Of a stretch of 64,000 bases of DNA, positions 27,101 to 40,300 are shown one piece after another. How positions within the stretch are numbered: the first letter of the stretch is position 1; the number at the start of each line of letters is the position of its first letter. The stretch covers positions 1,426,001-1,490,000 of the forward strand of contig NW_026782199.1 in the NCBI RefSeq assembly GCF_031769215.1, read 5' to 3'. The notes beneath the pieces are model-generated. The model saw nothing but the letters and a program-made list of their open reading frames with translations. It had not been told where the DNA came from and did not search any database. A program made the position numbers and the translations under genes. The stretch is from Ylistrum balloti (lineage: Eukaryota).

Positions 27101-28473
27101 CAGAAACCAAATTGATAAGGTTCTATGGAGGACTGGCATGATAAGTCAAAAGACAAAGATAAACTCTTATTACTTCTTGGACTAGAGAATTCTTCTATGG
27201 TGTTGTAAAGTAAAGTTTAGCAGGACTAAAAAATTTTTGATTACATAATTTTCGTTTTCAACAAATATGTATACTTTGATGAAGTGTGCAATGTTATAAT
27301 ATTTTCTAAGTAAATATGATTTTGTTGACCGTGTCATTTATATCCAATAAAATCTAACCACCACATAATACTGTTCACTGTCATTTTAACACAGGTAATG
27401 CTGGCTAAGAACCTAGAAGTACATCGAGGTCTAGTCAATGGAGCCAGAGGATTGGTCACTGGATTTGAGAAGGGAAGCGAAGGTATTTCATGTACACAGA
27501 ATAAGCCTTGCTTCATTATATTTTTATTATTTCTAGAATATATCCAGAGTACTCCTTATCATACAATAATGGATATTCCTGATATCTGGGGTAAGTAAGG
27601 ATCACTTCCAAATTAAAGAAAAGATATATTGTCTTTGTTTCTTAGTTTAATGATCTTATTAAGTACCAGTTTTCTCTATGTGCATCTGATAGAAAGTCTC
27701 AATTTTGATTATACTTGTGATTCCATTTTAACAGGTTTACCAATCGTGAAATTTCTGTCTGGAGTAGAAGAGGTCATCAAACCAGCAAGGTGGACATTTA
27801 AAGCTGCAGGGGCTGTATACCTAACAAGGAAACAGATCCCTCTCAAACTGGCCTGGGCAATCTCCATACACAAGAGTCAGGTCAGTCACAGACAAGCAGC
27901 TATGTACATAGCACTATAAATGATGTTCTCTCATGTCACAAACCACATATTAAGGCTAGTAAACGAGAAAAAATATAATTATTTTTATGCCCCCGATCGA
28001 AAAATCAGGGCATATTGTTTTTGTGCTGTTTGTTTGTCTGTTGTCATTTTTAACCTTGCCATAACTATTGTACTGTAAGAGGTAGGGATTTCATATCTGG
28101 CTTTCGTGTTCCCTGTGACAAGACCTTTCCGATGGTACAAAAAGCACTTTTTGTCAGGGTCTCGATTTGAAGTAAGGGGCTCTTTTATAGTGGGTTTGAT
28201 TACAAGTGTGAAAATTAATATTCATGTCATTGAAATTTGTTGTCAAATATTTTACAGGGAATGACACTGGATTGTGTGGAGATCACAGTATCCAAAGTGT
28301 TTGAATCTGGCCAGGCCTATGTAGCTTTGTCACGTGCCAAGAGTTTGGAAGGATTGCGGGTATTAGACTTTGACAGAGGGTGTGTGCGTGCTAACCCAGA
28401 TGTACTGAAGTTCTATCACAAACTGGACTTGACTCGAAGAATGTTGCAAACAAACATGGAGGAATACTCTTGA
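21112..28473 (+). CDS. PIF1: ATP-dependent 5'-3' DNA helicase PIF1 (623 aa, 10 coding exons)
   Basis: Exons 21112-21820, 22105-22194, 22677-22830, 23987-24101, 24455-24561, 25094-25233, 25525-25631, 27395-27482, 27735-27880, 28258-28473; total 1872 nt, all GT-AG and phase-consistent. N-terminal PIF1 domain ([17 protein letters not shown]), then [22 protein letters not shown], the Pif1 signature [43 protein letters not shown] and [10 protein letters not shown]. Confidence 0.98.
23147..23386. mobile_element. MITE-like element with long terminal inverted repeats in a PIF1 intron
   Basis: Perfect 26-bp inverted repeat GAACATTTCATGGCAAAATTGAAGGC (23163-23188) / GCCTTCAATTTTGCCATGAAATGTTC (23353-23378), extended by CACACCTG/CAGGTGTG across an 8-nt insertion. 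Confidence 0.55.
25690..26590. repeat. 39-bp pyrimidine-rich minisatellite in a PIF1 intron
   Basis: Units CCACTAACTTTCCTTATCCATGCTCTCCTCTATATCTGT and CCTCTAATTTTCCTTGTCTATGCTTTCCTTTATATTTTT; overlapping ORFs show 13-aa periodicity. Confidence 0.95.
27982..28140. mobile_element. Short HINE-like (non-autonomous Helentron-type) remnant in the last PIF1 intron
   Basis: TTTTTATGCCCCCGATCG..AGGGCATATTGTTTT hairpin start, a TGTTTGTTTGTCTG microsatellite remnant, then TAACCTTGCCATAACT..GACAAGACCTTTCC. Assignment is by recalled resemblance. Confidence 0.45.
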
Positions 28474-28581
28474 TGTTTATGATATGTAGGGACAAATGTC
28501 ACAAACTGGACTTGACTCGAAGAATGTTGCAAACAAACATGGAGGAATACTCTTGATGTTTATGATATGTAGGGACAAATG
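28416..28581 (+). repeat. Exact 83-bp tandem duplication spanning the PIF1 stop codon
   Basis: 28416-28498 is identical to 28499-28581, with TC microhomology at the junctions. Confidence 0.95.
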
Positions 28582-31500
28582 TCTTAGGAAAAAGACTAAT
28601 TACTTCTTCTGGACAATGTGATTCGTCATTCTAGTTGACTCGTGGTAAGCTGCCTCAAATAATTTATGGAAGTGCAATATACTATGTAATTGATATTTGA
28701 TGTTTTGGAGGCATTTCACAGTCCATAATTCAGTTATATGTCTCCTCAAATCTTATTTAATGTATTATTTATATAACTTTATTGGAAAATTTACAGTTAC
28801 CTATTAAAGTTATGGTAAATACTCACTTTATCTGGAGCATCAGATAAAAGTTACAATCATGTTTTTAATCAATTAAAAAATAAAACTTGTGACATTGATA
28901 TTGTGATATGACAAATCTCAGATTATTGTTTATCCATGAAATGATATATATATCAGTGTGATGTAAACTACCTGTATAATTATCATTTGTATTACATTGT
29001 TTACACATGCCATACATACCTGGTAAATATATAAACTGATCTCATTTTGATATCATTATTCTCCGAATGACAACTCATTCCATTTTCAATTTTGTTTTCA
29101 TGTTAGATTTTAACTTGTAACAGATGTACAGGCATTGTTTTATTGTCTTAAGAGTCACAGGTACTGGTAACTATTTATTTTCAATGGTTGGCTCATATCT
29201 ATGTCTATATAGCATCCTCTGACAGGAAAGTTATGACAGGTGTTTGATGTTCAATGGGTAGTCTGAGTAGATTAATGGAATAATAGCTTGTAGTTTAATT
29301 GACAACTGTTTAACAGGTAACCTAGGCTTCGATTGATGGAATGATTAGAGTTATTTGACAATGGCCGATTAATTTCTGCTTTTGACCAAAACGGTGATTG
29401 AAATTTAACTTTGTTATTAAAGAAAGTGTGTGATGTATTCTAAACACATACAAGATTGATGTGACTAATCATAGCTTATAGAATTACTTATTCGTAACTG
29501 TTTTAGTCCTTGCTGCCCATTCCCCATAGCTATGTCTTCCATATGATTATGTCTCATTCACCGAAAAGAAATAACAAGATTTCAAACTTTATATCTAGAT
29601 ATTGTTCTTTGTTTCTTGACGAATGACAGTTATATTTTCTCAAGTGGGGCGGAAACTTTAAGATGAGTGGAGTTTCCACTCCATGACTTTGCCTGAGATG
29701 AAATGTATCTGTTTTTTATTAACACAAAATCATCTATTTACTGTATTACATTCTATCTACTTCTCTGTTATCATTACACTGCTAGATAATATACAGTAGT
29801 TTCACATCAAAAACACAAGTCTTCAAATTATTTATTATGAATTAAGTAAATGCAACATGAAACACTCTGATGATCAGACTCAGACTAGTATCAGTGCATC
29901 ACAATAAATTTACAGCTCCTGCAATTTTACACTACCAGTCCCACAATGCACTATGTGAAAATACATATATTTATATATGATCTGATTAGTCAAAAATGAG
30001 TGAAAACATCACAACTGGTTTACTCAGTAATATTTTCACAATTAAAAGCTTATACTTTACTTTAAGAAATGTAATGAAATATATATTATAGCTGACAGTG
30101 AGTGTATGATAATGTAAAATTATGTGATGTATGTATGTAATGGTGAAAGTTAATTTAACTTGTATTAAGGTTGTAAGATGTTTTTAATATTGGCACTGAA
30201 TGACTTCTGTAAGTATTGGAGTATCAGAAATATCATAAATGTGTCTTTTTGAAGTGATGTTTTTTATACATTGTTGTGGGCAAACTTCATATACCAGTAT
30301 GTTGATTTAGACAGGCATAGACCTAATATGTTCATCTAATATACAATTTTGTTTTGTTTGTTTAAATTAATTTCAACAACTTTTACAGTAAATATTACAT
30401 CATGAGTTTACCACTAAATTCTTCAATACTCATTTTGCTTTAGAACCAAAGATTGGGAAAAAGATGAAAGTATGAACTTAAAGATCTATATATGCCTGTC
30501 TGATAAATCAATAGATTTTGTGATCCATGTTTTTATCTGTCTCAGTATTTGGGAGATGTTGTGGCTTAAAACATTAGGCTCTGTTTATGTGTCTCACTTT
30601 TGTTGAAAACAATTTGTTTTAGCTTGAGTTATTTTTATTGATTACTTTGAATAAATTGGTTTATATTTTGCTTTGTGTTTTATTCTTAACTCTTAAATAA
30701 CAGAGTTAGATAAACAACCATTGTACACTAATCTAGGTCAATATAGACACTAAATATTCAATAGATGATAAAAGTAACCTAAATACATACACATGTACAG
30801 TACACAGATAACAATAGTGCATAATTGCACTACAGGCTACTAGAATATATAGGAGATAAAAATAGAAGTTTCCATTAGTAGCTGTATTCCTACTCCAAAT
30901 CTAGTATACATTTGTAACCTTCACCTCCACATCAAGCTGTAGCGTCTGTATTTCTGTTGTATCTTTACTCCCAACTGTGTCTGATTTGGTCTGTCCGTCT
31001 TTCATTTTCACAAATTGATGATTAACCACCATTTCCCCAAGGGTCTGTCTGGGTATAAGTAGTTTGTTGGATAACTTCCCAAAACTTTGCTCCTAAAGGC
31101 GTTATGAGAAGAGTAGGTTTTTTAAGTCTTTATGCTGGGGAATTCAGGTTCCAGATTTAAATGATATATTGTGATTTTAACAGTATGTAACCTGTCTTTA
31201 TACCAGCTTGTGATCCAGGACAGTTTTAATGGTTGGGATGTTGCTTGTATACAAAAATCTTCATATTCACTTTAAATGTCTTTGAAAATGCGATGCTTGT
31301 TTTATATATTGTTGTTTACATAGACATGTGCACCTACCAGAATCATACAGTATCATTGGCCATGTTTCACTCAGTTGCCTCCTACATTTCAAATATTTAG
31401 GTCATTAGCATCACTGACTAGACCTATAAGGACGAAACAGTCTATAAGGCACTTTAATACATTAGTGTACTGTATGATTTAGTATTTCAAGGTACTATTC

Positions 31501-31619
31501 ACTTTGGTTCTATAATCTTTTCACTGAAAACTCAAAACTTACCCACACGTTATTTGCCATTGTCGAACAGCAAACCTTTGATTACAAGAATCTAAGGCCT
31601 ATATAGGAATATATAAAAC

Positions 31620-32090
31620 TTTTCTCCTGTAGTTGACAAACTTGCCAAAACCCTTAAATTTTACGTTCAGAAATATTCACATCCTTTTTATAACAAGAAA
31701 TTCATTATGTCACCAGAATTAGAGAACAAGGAGACAGAAAATCCTTTCTACGTTAGCCACTTCAGTCGGTCTTCAAAACGAAACCAACAAGGACATTTCG
31801 GCATCAAATTGTATAAGTGTGACAATTTCGGATTTCCTGACGTGAATTTTCCATTTCTATGTGGTAATATATATCACTGCTTCTTCCACTTGTGGTATTA
31901 ACATGTGCCAGTTGATTCGATATGAAGGGCTTGGTCTCGTGTCAGGATTTCCGTGAAAGACAGCGACATATCACAGATAACTCGCCACAGGGTTTCTAGA
32001 TATACAGACCGATGATAAATTCTGGTAAGGTATAGTCTCCATCATGATCTCAGTTGGAAATATTTATGAAATGAAATATGCTCAATGTAT
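31620..32090 (+). mobile_element. Decayed Penelope-like retroelement RT fragment
   Basis: Degenerate motifs LNFTFRNI (FTFRYIDD-like), PELENKET, GIKLYKCDNFGFPDVNFPFLCGNI (KLYDKRDDFNFxIVNFPFL-like) and QLIRY, with stops and frameshifts. Confidence 0.65.
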
Positions 32091-33171
32091 ATAGGAGAAA
32101 TTGTTATGTCTGGAGGTTTCAATTGATGTTAATCCTTGTTCGTTCTCGTTTGATAATGTGATACTACTTTTTCTGTATATCTGCGGATGTCGTCGGTGAG
32201 GCAGAGAACGATTACACTTCCGGTAAAAAATGTCCGTGTTCTCCTTAGTTTTGTTTTTCAGGAGACTTTGTATGAATGCTTATTTCAGTCTTTATTTTTT
32301 TAAGTTTGAAATAAAATTCTTTAGACATGTTGATATACTCTTGCTTAACTACACTTGCATGGATTTAATAGGCATCTAAAAACATGAAACACAAGCAATT
32401 CGCCTATGCTGAAACGTAATAATTCTGTCGACAATAAATGCTCCAGGATGTCTGATGGTAAAACTCTTCAAAATGTTGCGATCCACTCTCTTATGCCTGT
32501 GAGATTTAATTTGTACCATTCGAGAGATTTCACTTGGTCACTAACGATATTGCTCACGAGTCAAACTCGCAGGCAAGGGCATCTCAAAGCTCTTCCTATT
32601 TTCCCATTTTTTTCATTGAGCTTATCAATTTGCAAAGGAATTTTAATCTTCACAAACTATGCCTCGAAATAGCGCCACAGGAAAAAAGAAGATATGTAAT
32701 GCTTGATCAATCTCGTTTTCTACAACATAGAGACAGGCGTGTCCAGCATCAAAATCGATACATTTACAAACGAGAAAATGTTTTGGTTGAAAATAAGTAT
32801 ATACTCTAAAATACGGACAGGAGTAAAATCCAAATCGGCGTTTTATAGGCTGTCTTTGAAAGGGCAAGACAAGAAACAGAAAAAAATATAAAGTGTTGCA
32901 ACGAGATTTTAATGGTATCTGAGCAATAAGAAAACACGAGTCTTCGAAGAGGAGGAATCAGACATGAAATCAACATTGTTATGGAAATATTGGGTTGTTA
33001 TTTTTATATTCAGGTTGACGTCGCTTGTAAAACAAACATAAATTCCAACACAAGGACAATTGTAATGTAATTACAATGTATGTTGACCCGGCAGCTTCAA
33101 ACTATATATCAATGCGTTATTGCAGCTTCTATGGAGAAAACGTTTTTAGTTACTCAAAAAGAGAAAAATCC

Positions 33172-33663
33172 CTATATTTCATCCTCTCCTGTGCTTCTCA
33201 TTAATTCTTCTCCCTCTGGTCCCTGTGAGCCCAGTGCTGCCATCTCCACGGGGATCCTCATTGTAGATTTCTTGCAAGTGATGGGACAAAGTCTGCAGCA
33301 GCAACAGCAACAAGTCTTAAATTTTGGCGCCAGTTTCGTCCTGACGGCAGTGGTATATATACAAAAGATAATGGCATTAGCCAGTCCCTGGCTGTGGTTT
33401 CCAATCTCCTGAAAAAAACAAAAGTCTTCTTATTAATATACATCCTTTTAGTTGAAATTGTGAGTCTTGGAAGCTAGTCCGAAAGAAAACAAAACCAGCG
33501 TAAAATCTTAAAGAGAACCATTTCTACAGCGATGCCTAGCATGCATTTAAATGAAAAATGTACACAATCATACCGACAAGTAGAAGATTTTCTGGTTGGG
33601 TTATTGGAATACAAAGACATTTTAGCAAACCGAAGGGCGTCACAAGATATGTAAACAAAACAA

Positions 33664-33694
<31 letters not shown>

Positions 33695-36600
33695 TACAAG
33701 GTTAGATATCCACGAGTAAGGCTGTTTTGGGAGTTGATAATAGTATGCAGAATGGTACCTGAAGAAAGACGAGCCAGACAGGACTGGGGCTGTGCAGGGA
33801 CACTAGAAAACTCCAAGTACCCCAGACTTGAAGGAGGATGAAAACGATGAGAATTTGGCGAAGGCGGGAGTTGGCAGACGTGATGATGCTGAACAGGTTC
33901 TCTGTCGACTCGCCAACATCCTCAGCATGCGGCGGCTTCTGCAATCGAGTCAGGACCATTAACTCTCTCAAACCTGCCGACCACTTTAAGAAGGAAAGGG
34001 TTACGCTTTTACCAAAAACATTTCGCTTAGTTAGAATAATATAGCTTAAATGAGGTACGATGATTATATACCTCTCCAAACCTCAATGCCTTGCGAGACA
34101 GATGGTGTAGTATTGCTAATTTTCACGGTGCTTTTCTTCTCAAAGGTGGAAAACGAACATTTCTAAATCCTACATCAATCACTTCAGTGTTCGTCGTCGT
34201 CAAGGGCCGAACGAAAGGAATTTCCTTCTCCACTGATGTTTGACCTCAGCGTTCACTTACCTTGACCAGTGAGTGCCATTGCAAAACGGTGTAGCAACAG
34301 GCACACACAACAATAGTACCCATCTGCCATCCTGGACCTGTCAGGAAAGCCCACGTGACGTAATCCGGGGCATGGTGGTCGATCCAGCACCAGGGAGGAC
34401 GGTTTTGATTGGTCAAAGGTTGGGAATCGAACCCAACTACATCTGACACCAGGACCGCAATCGTTATACCAACTACAAGTTATCAGAAATGATATACTAA
34501 TTGTAAGGTAACATATTTGCTTTTAAAAACATATCCAGCATACCTCTTGTAAAGAATGAACAACTCATTGTTGAATTAGAAGCTAGTTTCTCAAGATTGA
34601 TTTGCCTCCAAACTTGCTTAAGACAAATCAGAAATTTGTTATGCTTAATATGATATGAAAATATTTCGATTCCTGCAAAAAATCTGTTGAAAATTACGGT
34701 ATCGAAATGCAAAAACAAATGTATTAATCTAGCCAAAATTAAAGAGGTATGGCGCTTTAACCTGACAGAGCACCTTTTTCAGTTCATCGGCTTGGTCGTT
34801 CTAAAAATACATGACTAATGATGACAGGTAAACGTGCATTCTGAGTCACCGTGTCTAAATATAGAACATGTACGTCCGGAAAGTGATCTGTTTATGGGTA
34901 AGTCGTTGGTGACAGTATGATTAAAGCTGGGAAATGTGCAGGGAAAGACAAACCAAAAGATATATTCAATATGTGACCTTTTGTAATTCTGAAGATACAT
35001 TGAACATTGAGATGACATTATATCATGTCTCCAACACTATGAAGTACGATACTATGTCACTAGCATTATCATGTAATTCAATGGCTGTATTCAGTATAAC
35101 CAAAGCTACCATGGTCAGTAATTGCCGCAATCTTATTGTGAATAATTGCATTAAATGACGCTACCCGCGAGAATTATTTTGTTAAAAACGTTATTGAAAA
35201 ATCGCCGAAATCGCACTTAAAACTTCATGAAAATTCTACTAACGTGTTAGTAACGTCTTGCCATCTCTGTTCGCACAGATGTAAAACTAATTGAAATTTT
35301 ATTGGTAAATTCAATGCTGCAGTCATAATCAATTGACAATTTTGGTCCGATATAATTTTTCAGCTTTTCGGTATCAGCGCACGCTTGTACCGATTTTCAA
35401 GGATGTGATTTAAGTTGCATTTGATAACACTGGATTAGGTTCAGCTACCTGAAAGTTGGTACATGTGTGCACTTTGAGTCAAAATAGGATTTGACGTCGG
35501 GGAAACATCCATGTTTTAGTGCGTATTTCTCCAGGTAGCAACTTTGACAATCTGTAAAAAAAATATAGCACACGACACATTCCAGGATATTGTTTCTCAT
35601 GATTGGTATCTGTATATATCTAATTGAAACTACCTATCCAAATTCATTGAAATAGAAAAATCGTGTTTTTTTTTTTATTTTATTGTTGGTAACATTTGGG
35701 TCGAATATGGCGGTTACGCGCCATATATCTTTTATGAAATGTGGATCACAGGGACGAAAGTTTGTGATAGTCTATGCTAATGTATACTGCAAAAAGCACT
35801 CAGCAGGACACTCTGACGGGTCACATTATAATGACTTCGTTACAATACCACAATGTTGAACGTTAAGCAATCCTCGAGTAGTAACTACCATTTTAAGGAC
35901 CCTTGACAAGTTTTGACCAAGGATATAAGACTTTTCTCACATGAGCCAACGCTCGATTAAAGGTCAAACGCGAAACAATGTCAGGAAAGACACTTAAAAA
36001 TATTAGTGGTTTCGAAAGAAGAGAAACAATACACTCCAAAACGAAGTCGCCTCTTACGAAGCCACAGTTTTTATGTACCCTACACACAGGGTCGCTCAGG
36101 CAATAAGAACGCAACTACAGTAATACGTACGTTTGTCCATATAAAATTATTGCAGAAAATTCATATACCATTCTAACGGTATCCACCAAGCTCAATCTTA
36201 ACCTGGTTGATGTCCTATCTGTGTATCGTTGTAACTTCAGATGGATGCATCAAGGAAAAGGTGGAGTAGTTTCATAGAATGTTGATCGGTTCTAATGCGA
36301 TCCTATATGCAACAAGTGTTAGGTAAAACTGCCATCTCTCTACGCCAGGTGATAACTACATTAGGGTAGGTCTATGCATACATACTGTAACCAATACGAA
36401 GGTTCTTGTGGTAGGAAAGGTATAACTAGGGATGTCCAGCGGTGAAGTATGGACGGCAGTGGGTCGGACAACTTCTGAAAATTGTGACGTGGTTCTGCCT
36501 GTGTGGGAGTGAATGTTGTTGCGTCAGTAAGCAGTGGACAGTAATTACGTAAACGATGTGAAGTCTAACGAAAGAGTGTGAAACGTAATGGAATGTAACT

Positions 36601-37438
36601 TTATAGGTAATTATTTAATGAACGTAACATTGAAGGCTTTCTATGTAAAACAGAATGACATAATGTATCTCGTCAGTTCTCCTTATGACCAGTGTAAGCA
36701 AAGAACGCAGTAGATGCTTTGGCGTGTTCGCCATTTTTGTGGAGGTAAGGGTGTGGGAGGAGGGCATGCAGAGATGATACTCGAATTCATAATAAATTTC
36801 AGCGCAGTGAAGAATTAAACACTGGGGGATTCGTGTACTCATGAATAACTCATGATTTAATACACAAAATATACAATGCAATATTCCGAGCGAAATGGAA
36901 TTTTGCATGCCGAAAATTATTTTTGCATTCCAGTATACTCCGTCTGTGGCCCAAAGTAAAAGGAAAGGGAATTCTAGTGCTTTAGCTTATGGTGTAACAG
37001 TATCATACTTGGTATACTCCAACAGACCAAATGGAACGGTCCCATCAAGGCTTTGCCGAATTGCATTCGTTTCCACGACATGCTAACGCACAGGAAAAGA
37101 CCTAACGCGCATGTCCAAAGGTAACTTCCAAGGCGGAAACATATGGTGAATGCACTTGAAACAGCACACGGTGTAAATGAAACGAATGCTGTTTTCTCGT
37201 CATACCCGATGATAGTGGCGGCACCTATTATATGTCCCACACAAGCACCAATATTGCATATGGTGATATATACTAGTATCTTTCTACCAGTTCCACGTAA
37301 ATTCCGAAAACAAAGATATGTTCCAAGTATCAATGCGCAACCGCAGAGGGACATGCATGACGTCAGCAATCCCACGGCGATGTAGGTGTTGTTGAGTGTA
37401 AAGTAAGATGTGATGTTGTTAAGGTTTATATCAATCAT
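33172..37438 (-). CDS. GPR157: GPR157-like / cAMP-receptor-like seven-transmembrane receptor (about 367 aa, 4 coding exons)
   Basis: Exons 37438-37009 (MIDINLNNITS..TM1-TM4..FHLVCWSIP), 34472-34261 (IGITIAVLVSDVVGFD..WCWI..FLTGPGWQMGTIV..), 33983-33759 (ICL3 and TM6 ILIVFILLQVWGTWSFL), 33408-33172 (EIGNHSQGLANAIIFCIYTTAVRTKL..CCCCCC..*). Total 1104 nt, phase-consistent GT-AG. TM7 resembles GPR157 GIGNTFQGGANCIMF..AVRTRL. It may be a paralog rather than the ortholog, and the start ATG is inferred. Confidence 0.85.
33664..33696. repeat. (TA)n microsatellite in the last intron of the GPR157-like gene
   Basis: About 12 TA units followed by CATATATAC. Confidence 0.95.
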
Positions 37439-38289
37439 GATGGAATGGTGTTGAAGTGGACGGGTTACCCAATTACTCTCGTGGCCCCCAGATAGAATAG
37501 ATGAACTGGTCAATAACGATCAGGATACCAACACACTAGAATTAGAGATTCTTCATAAATAAACATCTGAAATTAAAAAGAAATTAATTAGAATTAACTT
37601 GGGTTGTATGTGGCCACCAATTAATATAATACACTTAACTTCATCGCTAACATATATGCAGTATGACAACACTGTATAATAAGAGACGAATTTTCGCTGC
37701 GTTTATTTATTCTCCTGCATGTACGAATCATGCATGGAAATTTAATCTGTATGTAAACTATATGTACAAATTTATGACAAACACCACTGTAGTACATGTG
37801 TATCGCAGCGTCACTCTTTTTGTGTATGTCCCATCTAGGGATGAAAATAAAATATCGCTAAAAATGTACTTCAACGGTATAAAACGGGAAGTCCACACCC
37901 CCGGGATCTCGGAACGTTTGAGGTGTTATTCACGAACAAGTGATACTCTATTGTGAGATCATTAAAATGGGTTTCTCAAGTCCCTGTGGTTCATACATGT
38001 TTAAGCATGCTGTGTAGTGTGTTCGTGCGTTTAACAGTTAATTGTACAGATTTCAAGGGACTACGTCTAGTTTCAGGTTTTCTGTCACTTTTATGTTAAA
38101 AATCAATCGGCTATATTAATGATAAACAAACATCACACAGAAGGAAGATGTGAAATATTAACACGATGACCTTTGACCTTTCAGCCTGTACCGGTATAGT
38201 ACAGAAGTGCATACCTGTATAAAAATATTTTGATGACAGATCTACATGTTTTTCTGTAAATGTTACTTATGTAGGATTTCAAATCTTAC

Positions 38290-38350
38290 CTGGCGATCAA
38301 TCACATTTGTTAGTCTGGGAGAGCCGAGTCGTTTGATCAGCAGCCATGTT
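38290..38350 (-). other. Candidate non-coding 5' exon of the GPR157-like gene
   Basis: Strong minus-strand donor CAG|GTAAGA at 38290/38289 in CpG-containing sequence, with a possible acceptor (TTCTAG) near 37537. There is no transcript evidence. Confidence 0.3.
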
Positions 38351-39628
38351 GTAAAGAATTGCAGTCGTTGACAGATAAAGATGTGACGAGACTGTCGTGG
38401 GTCGAACTTTGGCTTCTGATAAATGCTAGTGAATCACTGATCAGAGTACTGTACATACGTATGTACTGTTATATCCCCAGGTTTTATCTCTTAAACAAAA
38501 TATACCGTAGTCTATGCTGGTTTATGACATATAATTTCACATTAGGTTGGCGATCGTATTTTGTCGACTTGTCTTATATTAGATACATCATTTAATTCAT
38601 TGATTGATTAATTAATTAATTACAAAATACTGCTGTAGGTTCCTTTCAAAATAAACAAGAACTTGATACACGATATTATTCGTTGAAAAGGAGAAAGTAA
38701 ACAAGTAATACTGTGAAAAAAAAAGACCTAAAATTATGACTAAGGTCGGACAGCAGCTGTGTTCTATAAGCTGCTTTAACGATCGTTTTAACTCTACTTT
38801 CCAGTTATTTGATATTTATCATAGTCTTAATCGTCATAGATTTCGCTGTCTTTGTAACAAACTGGGAAATATGTCGCGCAGGCATCGGGTACATTTTTTT
38901 TTCAATTCATATCAGTTTGTTGCATTTTACATCGATAAATGTACATTTCTAACGACAAACAAAAAGAATAGACCAGTCAAACATACTAGTACAATTTTTG
39001 TCTAAAACAATTATCAAATAAATATGATGTCAGGTTCTGCGGCATCCAAATGTTTGCTTTCAGTAAGCATCGGACAAGGATATGGAAGTGTGGCGCAGAT
39101 TTTCTAGACATATTACTGTTAAATACCAGTATATCTAGAAAGACGAGGTCAGGTTCATATACATCAAAAGAGAAGAAAATTTGAACTGAGAGAGACATGT
39201 ACTATCGAAGTATGATACCGGTTATATTAATCCTAAATTTACAGGTTACACAGGAAGGAACCGAACTCGACATTAAAAGACAACCACAATACATTCAGAC
39301 GGATTTTTTAAAGGTCAACTATCTGAAGAAATCTTCACCTGAAGCCTGGTGTATAAGAGAGGTCCTAGGCAACAAAATCTTACATTTTCTCTCGTTAGCC
39401 TACATTTCAGTGTCTGTGTCCGTGTCTCCTGTGTCTGTCCTCCTCAGCAGGAATGTGCTGTAATTATGTAATTATCGGATCTTGTACAGTAGTTCTCATT
39501 GATACCTCTATCTATCTAGATAGCCGTTCTCGGCATTACGCAAGAACTCTTTGGTAAAGAATATGTTGATATAGTTAGACACCAGTGTAATAAACTGAGC
39601 TTGGGCCAAAATAGAAGGTAAAATCGAA

Positions 39629-40300
39629 TAGACACGTCAGTCTAGGTTAAGAACAGGTTTATATGCTATGTTTAGACAGGAGAAGTGTAGACATGTCAGT
39701 CTGGGTTAACAATATGTAATATCCATGTTTAGACAGGGCAAGAGCAGACATATGCTATGGTTAGACGGGGAGAGTAGACATCTACTTTGTTTAGACAGGG
39801 TTAGTGTAGACACGTCAGTCCGGCTTAACAATAGGCAATATACTATGTTTAGACAGATAAAATGTAGACATGTCAGTCTGGCTTAACAATAGGCAATATA
39901 CTATGTTTAGACAGAGGAAGTGTAGACACGTCATTCTGGTTTAACAATTGGTAATACACATGCTTAGACAGGGTTAGTGTAGACATGTCATTTTGGCTTA
40001 ACAATAGGCAATATACTATGTTTAGACAGGGGAAGAGTAGACATATACTTTGTTTAGACAGAGTAAGTGTAGACATATGCTTTGTTTAGACAGGGTAAGT
40101 GTAGACATGTCATTCTGGGTTAACAATAGGCAATATACTATGTTTAGACAGGGGAAGAGTAGACATATACTTTGTTTAGACAGAGTAAGTGTAGACATAT
40201 ACTTTGTTTAGACAGGGGAAGAGTAGACATATACTTTGTTTAGACAGAGTAAGTGTAGTCATGTCATTCTGGGTTAACAATAGGTACTATGCTATGTTAC
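39629..40300. repeat. Composite minisatellite of interleaved 58-bp and 32-bp units
   Basis: Module TGTTTAGACAGGGNAAGTGTAGACAT is followed either by GTCAGTCTGGCTTAACAATAGGCAATATACTA or only by ATACTT. Confidence 0.92.

Noticed and set aside
21112-28473. PIF1 as a Helitron-borne helicase
   Set aside because: It has the host-type N-terminal domain, conventional introns, no Rep/HUH domain and no Helitron ends.
30901-31092. 63-codon minus-strand open frame after an AG (EQSFGKL..VTNVY*) as an extra GPR157-like exon
   Set aside because: The gene already has a homologous terminal exon with a stop at 33172, and I recognise no similarity in this frame.
34420-34436. tRNA B-box-like GGTTCGATTCCC on the minus strand
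   Set aside because: It lies in the GPR157-like coding exon (GFDSQ), with no A-box or cloverleaf.
37439-37513. N-terminal extension of ORF 36974-37513
   Set aside because: It begins at TTG; the first ATG is at 37438.
38167-38179. Perfect DR1 nuclear-receptor element TGACCTTTGACCT
   Set aside because: TGACCTT-type strings are, from recall, very common in mollusc interspersed repeats, so a single copy is uninformative.
39629-40300. CRISPR-like repeat-spacer appearance (also considered for the other arrays)
   Set aside because: The linkers are copies of each other rather than unique spacers, there are no cas genes, and the context is eukaryotic.
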